Below are positions 48,901 to 59,756 of a stretch of DNA of 64,000 nucleotides, piece after piece. The stretch covers positions 4,960,001-5,024,000 of the forward strand of contig JBLDXI010000009.1 of assembly GCA_047495785.1 (NCBI GenBank). Reading direction: 5' to 3'. Position numbers and translations under genes: made by a program. The notes under the pieces were generated by a model that did no database searches, was not told the DNA's origin, and was given only the letters and a program-made list of their open reading frames with translations. Every line of letters starts with the position of its first letter. The first letter of the stretch is position 1. Origin of the DNA: Lepidodermella squamata (lineage: Eukaryota; Animalia; Gastrotricha).

Positions 48901-49578
48901 GTTTACCGTTACATCAAGCACACACGGCCGGTTTTTATTACATCCACATGGCAAATATATGGCTCTGAGCTATGAAGAATAAGTCTAAGATACCGCAATT
49001 TTTGAGGCGATTAAAAATGAAATTTTTAGAAGGAAAACTGTCAACAATTTCGACTTACCAAGTCCGATAAAATTCCAGGGCGTCCTTCTGGCGAATTTCA
49101 TCGAGCAAGTAAGCGGAAAGTAGACGAGCGCAAAAATGATATATGACAGGTAGTAGAAGTACCAGTGTACGGATAAAAACTGGTGAATTTCGTCCACCGC
49201 ATAGAAAACGCTGCAAATCGCAGTCGTAACCAGCAACTGGCAGGTTAAAATGAGAAACACCTTGCGAATGAAGCCGAGCCGGATGCTGCGGTCTGTGAAT
49301 GAAAACGATTTGTTATCTTTACCAGTAATTTCAATTTCAGCGGGGTGAATGAGAGGCTGCTGAGCTTGTTGCTGAGGCAGTTGCGGCTGCTGTGGTTCTG
49401 GATATATTGAAGTGTCTACATTCCACCCGACAGGTTGAGTCAGAGGCTCCGAATTTTCTTGAGATCCATCCTGAAGTCCTTGAGATATATCCTGTGGAGG
49501 CTTTTCTAGGCTACTATCGAGAGTTGCAGCATTGGGTTCCAAAGAGTATGGAGGTGGCGATCCAGTCGTTGAAGCCAT
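45957..49578 (-). CDS. Lifeguard/TMBIM protein, copy B (exons 49578-49059, 46390-45957)
   Basis: PPPY, FTDRSIRLGFIRKVF, QTRIDFT, WDVQ...LSPENYVFGALAIYMD. Same intron position, expanded to ~2.7 kb by transposon relics. Confidence 0.88.
46860..46959. repeat. Perfect hairpin, ~41-bp arms
   Basis: TTTAACAAGAAAATTAGCGACTTCGATTTTATTTTCAATTT followed by its reverse complement after a short loop. Confidence 0.9.
47151..47908. mobile_element. Foldback MITE with ~209-bp near-perfect arms made of CATCTA subrepeats
   Basis: 47151-47359 is the reverse complement of 47700-47908 with few mismatches. Confidence 0.85.
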
Positions 49579-50023
49579 AGCCTAAGACTAAGCTAACTTA
49601 AGAACTAGAGCATGATTTCCCAAAAATAAAAAAATCGCAAAATATCAAAACCGACAGCATTTCCAACCAATCGAGTATTTCGTTTAAAAAACCTAAAAAT
49701 ATAAAAAATATACGCGTAATTAATTTCAATCACACGGGATTATTTTCCAATAATATCGAATAAAATTCAGAAAAAATAGCAGGTCTGTTTTGCCTCTGGA
49801 AAGACAGCAATAATAATAATATTTCAAATTTTGATTGAGATTGAACAACCTTTGAAAATACTGATTGTATAATACCGAGAAAAAGGTAATTTCGCACCTC
49901 ATAAAATATCAGGATGGAAGATATGAAAGCAGTAAAAGGTCAACAAGAATAGAGATTGCACAAATTTGAGTAAAATTGTTCAGATTGTCACCGAGGTATT
50001 TGTCACTTTTTGATGCGCATTTT

Positions 50024-50918
50024 CTAGCCACGTCGGGTTTTGATGTTGAGAATCGCCAAAATTACGTAAATAATATCAAAATAAACTTGAACAGCTCCAA
50101 AAATGTGGTGATCGGGCGACAGTTCATACTCGGCCCTGCCAACAATCACTTGAATATCGAAAACGAGGTAAAAAGCGAAGATCAAGGCGGCCAAAGAGCC
50201 GAAAAACACAACGTAAATTCTGTCGAGGCCAAACACGTAGAACCAAAGTGAGCAAGCAGCGATGGTTAGAACCAGCACGACGATTGAACAAGAAATTAAC
50301 GCTGTACGAGCGGTAAATTCGTGTCGAGTTTGAGTCGCTAAAACAGCAAGAACAACCGCGATAATTGTATCGATTCCAAAAGCGATCATTATCCATTCTA
50401 TTTTACATAGACCAGTAATTGCAGCCATCAAATAGGAAAATGATAGGGTAAAAAGACCTGGAAACATATTGTCACTATAATTTGAACTTCTTGTCAATTT
50501 TCTTAGAATACTCACCAAATGCAACGTAGTTTGACAAAGCCTTGTGAAAGGAGTGCCGAAAACGCATCAGACCGACATAAATGAGCGAAAATCCGACAAA
50601 CCCACCGTAGTAAAGGAACATATTGTTTCTCAAAATATCCCCGTAGATGTCAAATGCGTAGAACATTCCACAAGCCACAGTTGTAATAAGCAACTGAGCG
50701 GCCAATGTCAAAAGAACTCGTCTTACAAAATCCAGCTTAATTTCATGAGATGGAAAATAGGATATTTCTCTTGGCCTCATCTCGGCTGCCTCAGCGCAAC
50801 CGGGTGATAGCAACTCATGTCTATCCAGCGAGTGATCAGCCTTCGTAGTCTTGATTCGAGGGTCCGCCAATATTTTAAAATTGACTGGACGTGGCATTGG
50901 CACAATTTTCGCAGCCAT
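50024..50918 (-). CDS. Lifeguard/TMBIM protein, copy C, divergent (exons 50918-50516, 50457-50024)
   Basis: IKLDFVRRVLLTL, QTRHEFT, FDIQ...LSPDHHIFGAVQVYFD. 58-nt intron at the shared position. Open frame intact. Confidence 0.85.
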
Positions 50919-51304
50919 AAAAGGAATATTTATAAAATCCTAAAAAAAAACAAAAATTGAATTAACACAGTATAAAAATTTACTCATGGTGGCACAAGTT
51001 TTGTCAAAACGACATAGAATATTTTCCGGTAATAGCAAAATATATCGACTAGACTCGCGTGAAAACAACCGAACACTTTTTGAGAAAATACTTTTAGGTA
51101 AAATAAAGTTAAATCTACTTTGATGATGAAAATAGGTAAAATCAACGGATCTCATGTACGGGCGACAGATCGTCACTTCACGATATTAACGGAGCCACGC
51201 ACGATCGATTTTTAATCGAACGAACGGCTATTAACAGCCGATTTGAGACAAGCAAACTTTGAAGCTGGGGTCAGAAAAATAATCATATCGCAATTTTTCA
51301 TTTC

Positions 51305-52344
51305 TCAATTGCGGCGACCAGTAATATTGAGAAGCATGAGGAAAATGTAAACAACATCTAGATAGATCTGAACAGCGCCATAAACGTATTCTTCGGGCGA
51401 TAATTCGTACTTCTTTCCGCCAATGACTTTCTGGACATCATAGACCAGGAAGCATGAGAAAACAAAAGCGCCAATACCGCCGTAGATGACGAACATTGCT
51501 CGGCTCCAGCCGGCTATCATGCCCCAGATTGAACAAGCCAGGCCGGTAAAGAATAATACCAAAACTAGGCAGAAAAGGATTCCCGAGCACATTGTGAAAT
51601 CGATCTTAGTTTGCCATGCGAAGATTGTCAAAGAAACTGTTAGAAGAACCGTGATTCCAAAAGCGATCATAACACTCTCGACGTGGTAGAAGCTCGTCAC
51701 GGTTGCCATCATGTATGACATCGCCAGTGTCAAAATAGCTAAAACAAAATTACTTATACCACAACAATTTAAGACATAGGTATTAACTTACTCAAGGCTA
51801 TGTAATTCCCTGGCGTGCGTCGAGCACATCCACGGCAGCAAACCAGGCAAAAGTAAGTAACAAGAAATACGGCATATCCAACGTAATAAAGGTACGAGTG
51901 GCGGATCAAGAAGTATCGCACGTCATTAACCGCATAGAAAACTCCACAAATCAACGTTGTAACAAGGAGCTGCGCTGTCAAAATCAGGAACACTTTGCGA
52001 ATGAAAGCCAATCGAATGGCTTTGTTAGAGAAGGCAAACGATGCGCCTTCGCCGTTCTCCGCGTTAACAATCAAAGCTTGCCCAGCCGAATAGTTGACGT
52101 TGTGACCTGGATAGCCGCCACTATTCTGGTTTGGATAGCCACCAACATACGGAGCTTGGGGCTGTCCAGAACTAGGATATCCCATGGCGTAATTGGAGTT
52201 ACCTTGCATTGGATAGCTTTGAGTTCCAGAATGCATCGGGTAAGCTCCAGGTACAGGTTGCCCCATTGTTTCGGGACCTTTCCAGCCGATTTGCGGAGCC
52301 GCTGAATATGCGGGAGGCACTTCGTCTTCGTTCTTTGAATACAT
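51305..52344 (-). CDS. Lifeguard/TMBIM protein, copy D (exons 52344-51792, 51738-51305)
   Basis: PPAY, FSNKAIRLAFIRKVF, QTKIDFT, YDVQ...LSPEEYVYGAVQIYLD. 53-nt intron. Confidence 0.92.
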
Positions 52345-53091
52345 TTTCAGATCTATCGCTCCTATCAGTGAAGTAAAAATAAAATAAGATAAATCAGTAG
52401 GAGAAAACGTTAATCATGAGAAAACGCCAATCATGAGCCAACTACATGCAACTCGTGATAATCAGGTAGGATTGAGCAAAAAATAAAATGCAGCGGTTCC
52501 AAATCAATTAATAACATAACAGAGGGATAGATAGTAAGTGACGCAAGGCTATATAGAATTTCTAAGTTGCGTGGTCAACAGTAAGCACTTGCTTTCGTTC
52601 TCGATTTCCCGTTCGATTTCTCGTCTTTTTCAGCTTTTTTTAGGGCTTTCCGATGATTCATCCAATATAATATGTGTCGCCTTTTAATTAGCAGCTCGCC
52701 GTTTATCTGAACATGATATTTTGCATATTATTATACGTGAAAAGCATTTTGTCGAGAATTTTCTGAATCGCTGACGTATCTGATCATCCGCCGTAAGGGA
52801 TGCGGGATCGCCTTAACTACAGCTTCTGCCTTTGCCTCCGTTTTCTGCAGTCTCGCTTCACGGCTAGATGGCTTGGTGAATGGCTTTTTGAGCCCTAGCT
52901 TTGTCATTGGGAATGAGGAGCTATTCACGAAAAACGAAGATTTCTTGTATCTAGTGCAAGGTGCAAGCCTTGCTGAGTTTTTATGAAGCCTTCTCAATTT
53001 TAATTTCTTTTTATTTAGATAATTAACTCGGTTCCATTGCCGCGACTCTTATGTGAGTTCTAGTGATCAGTGAAGTGACGGCTCGTATCGC

Positions 53092-55209
53092 ATGGGAATG
53101 CTTGTTTTTGCGGCCCTGCTCGTAGCCCTGTTTTTCGGGCATTACTTCCATCTCCAGTACCTCGCCGAGAAAGACAAACATTTCTCTCACCTGTCATCTC
53201 TTGAGCGAGAACTATCGTTTCGCTCCGAAATGGCAATGTATTACTCTTACTTCAAGGATCTCATCAGCACGCCTAATTTTGATGAAAGTTTCGGGAAAGT
53301 TGTATATGACAATATTACCGAATATCCGGACACGATAAACGCAATTCAGCGATTTAATATCTACCCAGAAATCGCCCTTGCTCTTTTGTACCGGTCGTAC
53401 ATCTGGCTTTGCCAAACTTTCAACCTGCCGCTTATGGAGTGCTGGCAAGTTGAGCGGGGAGGCGACATGCCACCTGTTACAAGCTGCGAAGGATTTGGAG
53501 AACCGAGTTATTTCTATATTACCTTGGTATTCTTCGTCAATGGGTTCACCCCAGTCATAATCTTTCTATTCGGATATTTCTTGACAAATGGATCCAAGTT
53601 CGGAGGGTTGATAGCTGCAAGCAGTTTCTTCTTCAATCACCGAGAATGCACTCGAGTTATGTGGACTCCTCCATTGCGGGAAAGTTTCGCGTTTCCCTTC
53701 ATTCTACTACAAAACTTGTTGGTCGAACGGTGCTTGAGAGATCTGAATCGCCAATCGAATTCGCGAATATTTGGTCTTATAGTTTGCAACGTGGTTTTAC
53801 TAATTTGCTGGCAATTCTCACAGTTTGCCTTATTGACACAAGTTTTTGCCTTGAGTTTCCTGTACGGTGCTGGTTTTTTCGACAAAAGTTTTTCGACACT
53901 ATTCACTATTTTATCAACTCATTTTGCTGGAATTATTATCGCTGCAATTCTACTTTTCGGGAATCGGCTATTGCTGACGTCTCTATACACGGCTTCTTTG
54001 CTCAATTTTTTGTTTCTACTACTGGGACACAATCATACGAAAGGTCTTGGATTCCCACTCAGTTTCTTGTTTCGCTGCAGTTTGATGCTGGCTGGAACGT
54101 TTTCAGCTCGTCACTTCTTGGCGTCGAAAATATTCGCTGGAGTTGAGGACGATTCACATATTTTGGATTTATTGAAAACGAAAATAACTCCTTCGTACAA
54201 AACGTTCCATTCTCAGCTGTACACTTGCGCTCCTGAATTCGATTTTTTGGGGCTTAATGCGATTTTATCCATGTCAAAGACGTTATTATTACCTCTTGGA
54301 GTTCTAATAACGATTCGATTTTTGTTCAAATCAGCGATTGAGAAGAAAGTTGAGCCGTTTTTGGTTTATCATTTCCTTCAACTTGGTGCATATTCTGTTA
54401 TGGCAATATTTATCATGCGACTAAAACTGTTTTTCACGCCTTTTCTATGCATAACTGTCTCAACTTTGTCCGAATTTTGGGCGAAAAAAGACAGTGAAAA
54501 GTCGAAACTTTCCATACGTCGTGGTGCTGTTGTTTTGCTATGCATTTCTATGATCGCGTTGGGTGGTCACAATTTACGAGACGAATTGGCGGCGGAGAAT
54601 GAGTTCGCAAACTGGCCGCTTGAATCGCTAATTAATTGGATTAGCAGTCATACGCGTGCGACGGACGCGTTTGCCGGCGCTATGCCGACAACGGCCGTGA
54701 TCAAACTCTCAGCACAGCGGCCTATAGCTAACCATCCGCATTATGAAGATGCGAAAATGCGTAATCGAACGATGGATGTGTACACAATTTACAGCAGAAA
54801 GCCTCTGTCTCAAGTAAGTCGTTGATTATTACTTGAATCTTTGCCTTGCTATCACTTATCTCTAGAGTAAAGTAAAGATAATTGAAAAATTGACCAATGA
54901 GATTTTTTATTAATTTCACGAATTGATTGTAAATTTTATCCTCAAATTTTAAAAATATTAAATTATTTTTATTAAATCTAGGTTCATTCGATTTTTCGGA
55001 GAATCGGCGTGAAATATGTTGTAGTCGAGACAATATGGTGCGAATCTCACCGCCGCGGCTGTGCTATAGCCGAACTCTACGATTTGATTGACCCTGTGAA
55101 TCGCGAATACGAACCGGCCTGTTTCAAGCTTCTCGAAGGCAAAGCTGAGCCGTATTTCAAACTTGTTTTCAAAGAAGACCCGTATTATTTGCTCAAAGTT
55201 ATGCCTTGA
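53092..55209 (+). CDS. DPY19L1: C-mannosyltransferase DPY19 (exons 53092-54813, 54982-55209)
   Basis: FSHLSSLERELSFRSEMAMYYSYFK, RFNIYPE, ECTRVMWTPPLRESFAFPF, FAGAMPT...NHPHYED. Confidence 0.93.
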
Positions 55210-55371
55210 ATTGTTATTGCAATTTTTCCATTTTTATCGTGCCATTTCTTCCGTTTATGATCTGTTTTTGCATGTTTTGCTCAATTTTATGTATCGCTTT
55301 TGATAGTTTTATTATTAAAATCACGCAATTTTCAAGAATTATCACATTTTTTTTAGAATTTAATATAAAAA

Positions 55372-57797
55372 ATGGCATTGCGTGGGGTTCGAGTGTTAGA
55401 AATGGCTGGCTTAGCTCCTGTGCCATATTGCGCCATGGTTCTGGCTGATTTTGGAGCCGAAGTCATCAGAATCGACAAGGCTAGAGATACCGAGGTTGAT
55501 ACGAAACTAGGCCGAGGCAAGAAGTCGATTGCTGTCGATTTAAAACACCCGGATGGGCGAAAACTTGTGACAAATCTCGCGGCTAAATCTGATGTTTTAA
55601 TCGAACCATTTCGAGCTGGAGTTATGGAAAAATTGGGTAAGCCATCAATATTCTGAAAATAAAAAAAAATGGCTTCACTGTTATTAAATTATCGATAGAA
55701 AATTCGTCTTGAGTGCAAATTTAGCAGTATAACGAGCTAATTGAATATTCCACGCCTCGTTTCCCGTGGCGTAAAAATTGACGCGTTCTGATTTTATTTC
55801 TGACAGCTCTTTATAAATCGAGAGTTTCTAAAAAATTTTGGGACGACCTCTAACCTAAACCTGATTGATTTACTTCAAACTTTATCGTTATTACTGACAG
55901 GTCTGGGCCCAGAGCCGTTGATGAAAGTTAACCCGCGATTGATTTACGCCCGGCTAACTGGTTACGGCCAGACCGGCCCATTGAGCAGTCACGGTGTGTT
56001 GATTACTACATACCATTCATAGATAATCGCTTAATTACATTCATAAATCAGCCGGCCATGATCTGAATTTCCTCGCGTATTCCGGCCTGTTATGGGCGTT
56101 CGGCTCGCCGCAACACCGCCCTAAGCCACCCATCAATTTAATGGCCGATTTCGCTGGCGGGGGTCTGTTGTGCTCGTTCGCGATTGCTGCGGCGCTGTTT
56201 CAGCGAACCAACTCTGGCCGCGGTCAGGTTTTAGAGCTGAGCATGACGCAGGGCGCGGCTTATGTCGGCAGTTGGCTGTGGCGGTCGCGGCAATCGATGA
56301 GTTTTGTATGGCCGCAGCCTGACCAGCCGGGTACGAATTTGTTGGACGATGGTCAGGCGTTTTATACGACGTATAAGACGAAAGATGGGGGTTATGTCGC
56401 TGTTGGCGCGATCGAACCGAGATTTTTCAAGGCTTTATTGAAAGGTGAATCATTGAGTCAATGAATTCAAAAAATATGGACGGTACCTTTGTCCGCAGCA
56501 AATTTCTATTTTTTTCAATATGGACGTTTGATAAAAAGCTAATCACAGTTGATAGCTTGATTCGAGAGCTATCGTTTGGCGCTAATGTTGCCAAACGAGC
56601 CCTTTTAAAGTTTCACCAACAGTGTGACTTGTGAGACAAAAGTAAGATGACTTCAGAATTTCCATCATATCCCCAAATGAGTCATTTTGAAATTAATGAG
56701 TTGGGTTTTTTTTCGACAGCCCTAATCCTCATCTATCAGAATAAGTAGGAATCCCAAGATTTGGAGAAAAATTGCATATGCTAGAAAGAAACTAAAGAAA
56801 TTTTCTGTGGAAAAGAGTATGAATTTGCTGCGGGTAGGTATTTTTCAGAAATATTATTACGAAAACGGAGAAAAATCATGTGACATATATGGAAAATGGA
56901 AAAACAGGGTGTCTCTGTAACGATAGGGAGTAATGTGATAAGTGAAAAGAAGAAATTCTGCGACGATGTCTCATTTTATGGCCTGAGGCTCTTTTTAATG
57001 CCATGGAAATCCTAATCAACGATAAAAAAAGTCGTAATTTTCAACTAAAAAACGCCGAAAATTGCGGATCATCAAACTTGGGGATTTTTATAGTTAATCC
57101 GTTGTTTTGAACTTTTTTTAGTTAAAATTTTGAGGAATTAACTTTTGCTTTTATTGGTCAATACTTTGATTGTCCATCTTCAATTCATGAGCTCATTCCA
57201 TAGGGACATGAAATGCTAGTTTATGAAAAATTAAATTTAGTCAAAGTTTTAGAAGGCTCTGAAATATCATGGAGTAAACGCCTGTAATATTCCAGTTAAT
57301 TACCTTTCTAAAGCTGAGGAGATCTGAGAAAATTATCTAAATATTTTTGTTATTTTTCAGCTCTCAAAATCGAAAACCCTGACGATTTCGATCAATTTGG
57401 CGATCAAAAGCAGCTTCGCGACCGATTTGCGGCAATTTTCGCGCAAAAAGACCGCGACTACTGGGCTCAAATCGCGAGAAACAACCCAAATGCCTGCCTA
57501 TCACCTGTCCTAAGCCTCGACGAAGCGCCGCATTTCGACCACGCTAAAGCAACAGGTGCTTTTATGAAACAGCCCGAAGATTTGGGCACTGGCTATGAGC
57601 CGAGTCCTGTGCCTAGAAATCTGGCTAGTTTTGGCCCAGATTCGTTGGAGAAATCGCCCGATGACCCAGTTTTAGGGCAACACACTCGAAGTGTCTTATC
57701 ATCCATCCTTGGTCTTTCGAATTCTGAGATTGAAGATTTAAAATCTAAGGAAGTTATCGAATGCGCTGATTCTTCAACTGCCCAAGCCAAACTTTGA
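55372..57797 (+). CDS. AMACR: Alpha-methylacyl-CoA racemase (exons 55372-55636, 55901-55993, 56052-56444, 57361-57797)
   Basis: [55 protein letters not shown]-terminal PTS1 AKL. Confidence 0.95.
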
Positions 57798-57862
57798 TGA
57801 AATTCCAAATAATTTATTTTTATTTAAATTTTCATTATTTTAAATAGATTTTATTATTATAA

Positions 57863-58186
57863 ATGGGATCTTGTTTATGCCCATCTGCGAGTCGAACGCC
57901 TCATGTAATGTCGAGAATTTACGCCCCGGCCGGTATGAACCCGCCGCCTTACCCGGTCCAACAAGGCCCAGTGCTGCATAATTACTACCCAGCATCAGTT
58001 CCAGGTCTCATGTCGACTCAAACCTACATAGTCCCACCGCCTGTGGTTTCATACAGCAGCTATAACGGGTCGGGTTTTTTAGAAGGCGCTCTCATAGGAG
58101 GCGCTCTAGGCCTCGGAATGGGCGATCATTGTATATCTTTCGGCAGTCTGTCGCTCAATAGCGTCGGATCGATAGGCTCGTTTTGA
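57863..58186 (+). CDS. Orphan 107-aa Pro/Tyr-rich protein with MGSCLC acylation motif, PPPY and Gly-rich hydrophobic tail
   Basis: GC-rich ORF in AT-rich flanks, AAATGG start context, upstream acceptor at 57847, coherent motif content. No family recognised. Confidence 0.55.
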   Translation: MGSCLCPSASRTPHVMSRIYAPAGMNPPPYPVQQGPVLHNYYPASVPGLMSTQTYIVPPPVVSYSSYNGSGFLEGALIGGALGLGMGDHCISFGSLSLNSVGSIGSF

Positions 58187-58827
58187 TACTCGACAACGCC
58201 GGGACGAAAAATATTGCGATAATTATCGACTAATTGATCAAATATCCGCTGTGCCTCACTAATAGAGCTAGTCGGCCATCGAAAGAGCCATCTCAATTTT
58301 TCCATTTCATGTTTTTTCCATGCAAATAATATTGAGCGAGCCAAGGATATTCGGTAACGATGAGACTAAATTGTACCTAAAAAATTGTAGAAAAATCAAA
58401 CAAAATTCTTGAAAAAAAATGAATATTGAATTAATGCTTGAGAATAGTTTTGCATTTGATGGATCTACCATTCCAATAATTAAATCGATAACCCAATTTT
58501 TACCGTAACTTTTTCTTCCCTTGTTCGGCAATATTTTGCCGCGAATCTTCGTTTTTTTTACAGCATTCGAGTTCTCATCTTATCAAATGCGAATATTTAA
58601 ATTACTTCCTCAGCCTTTGGGCTCTTCCGTTGTTTTTCAAACTCATTCCTCTTTCTTAATTTGCGCAATTTTTTATTCGGGCTAAAACTGTTTGCTTTAA
58701 TTGTTGTATTAATTATGCCTCAATGGATCTCGTCAGTATTTTTCAATGAATTTTTTGGTAATTTTGATTACATTTTCTTGCAATTTTAGGTGTTTTTTAA
58801 TACTTTTTTATTCGTTTTTTCCGAAAT

Positions 58828-59139
58828 ATGAGTACAAGCGATGACCCAAAATCAGATGAATGTCAATTGGTTAAAGTTCACTTTCGGCTATCAGACGGTT
58901 CCGGCGTGATGCGAAATTTTGCCGCCGCCGAAAAGTTGCAAAGCTTGTTCAATTTTGCGCTCACCCTGCGAGCTGGCGCCCGCTCTTCGCCGAATTCATT
59001 TACCCTAGCGTCGATGAACCCGAGGCGCAAATTTACGCGAGCCGATATGAATTACAGCCTAGCCGAGCTGGGCCTTGTCCCCGCTGCCTTGTTGCTCCTT
59101 ATTCCAGCCACGCCCGAGCCGCAAAAATCGGTCGACTGA
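58828..59139 (+). CDS. Stand-alone UBX-domain protein (103 aa), paralogous to the UBX domain of the adjacent UBXN4
   Basis: VHFRLSDGS...F...EKL...NPRRKFT..DM..SLAELGLVPAALLL aligns with IQFRLPDGS...TPRRIFT..DM..SLAELALAPSAVLL. Confidence 0.8.
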   Translation: MSTSDDPKSDECQLVKVHFRLSDGSGVMRNFAAAEKLQSLFNFALTLRAGARSSPNSFTLASMNPRRKFTRADMNYSLAELGLVPAALLLLIPATPEPQKSVD

Positions 59140-59756
59140 TGCGAATTTCAGCTCATTGGATGCGAAAATTTCAAAAATATGTAGCATTGGTTGTTTTCTA
59201 CTCGATTTTTCATGTGTTTATTTGTGACCCCTTTTTACCCTGAAAAATGTGCCAAATTTTGCTCACACTTTATGATCCTTATTATTATTATTATTATCAC
59301 AATTTATTGAGTCAAAAAACGCCTGTTTGAGCGGTGCTTTATAATATTTTATTAAATATTAACTTCCTAATGATTCGTGGCCAAAAATTCAAAATGAGTG
59401 TTAACATTTTGCATATCAAAAATTTGTTGTTCGGACACTATATTTAGGCAATATTCTTTCACTTTCACGGCGAATAATCTCCAATTTATTGCACACAATT
59501 TTCAATTTTTCATGTGTGAGTGAGTGTTTTTTTTGCGGATAATTTTGACATTTTACGATTGAACTGGTGAGGTACAACGGAGTTTCTTGAAATATGCTAG
59601 TCTCTGATAAATTGTGATTATTTATACATATACGACGATAAATTTCGAGTTTTTTGTGTGAGTTTTTTGCAGCACTTGACTTGGGAGAAATAAAATTCAG
59701 TGTTCAATTTTGTTTTTTCAATTCTTAGCTATTTTTTGTGAAATTATTTGATAAAT

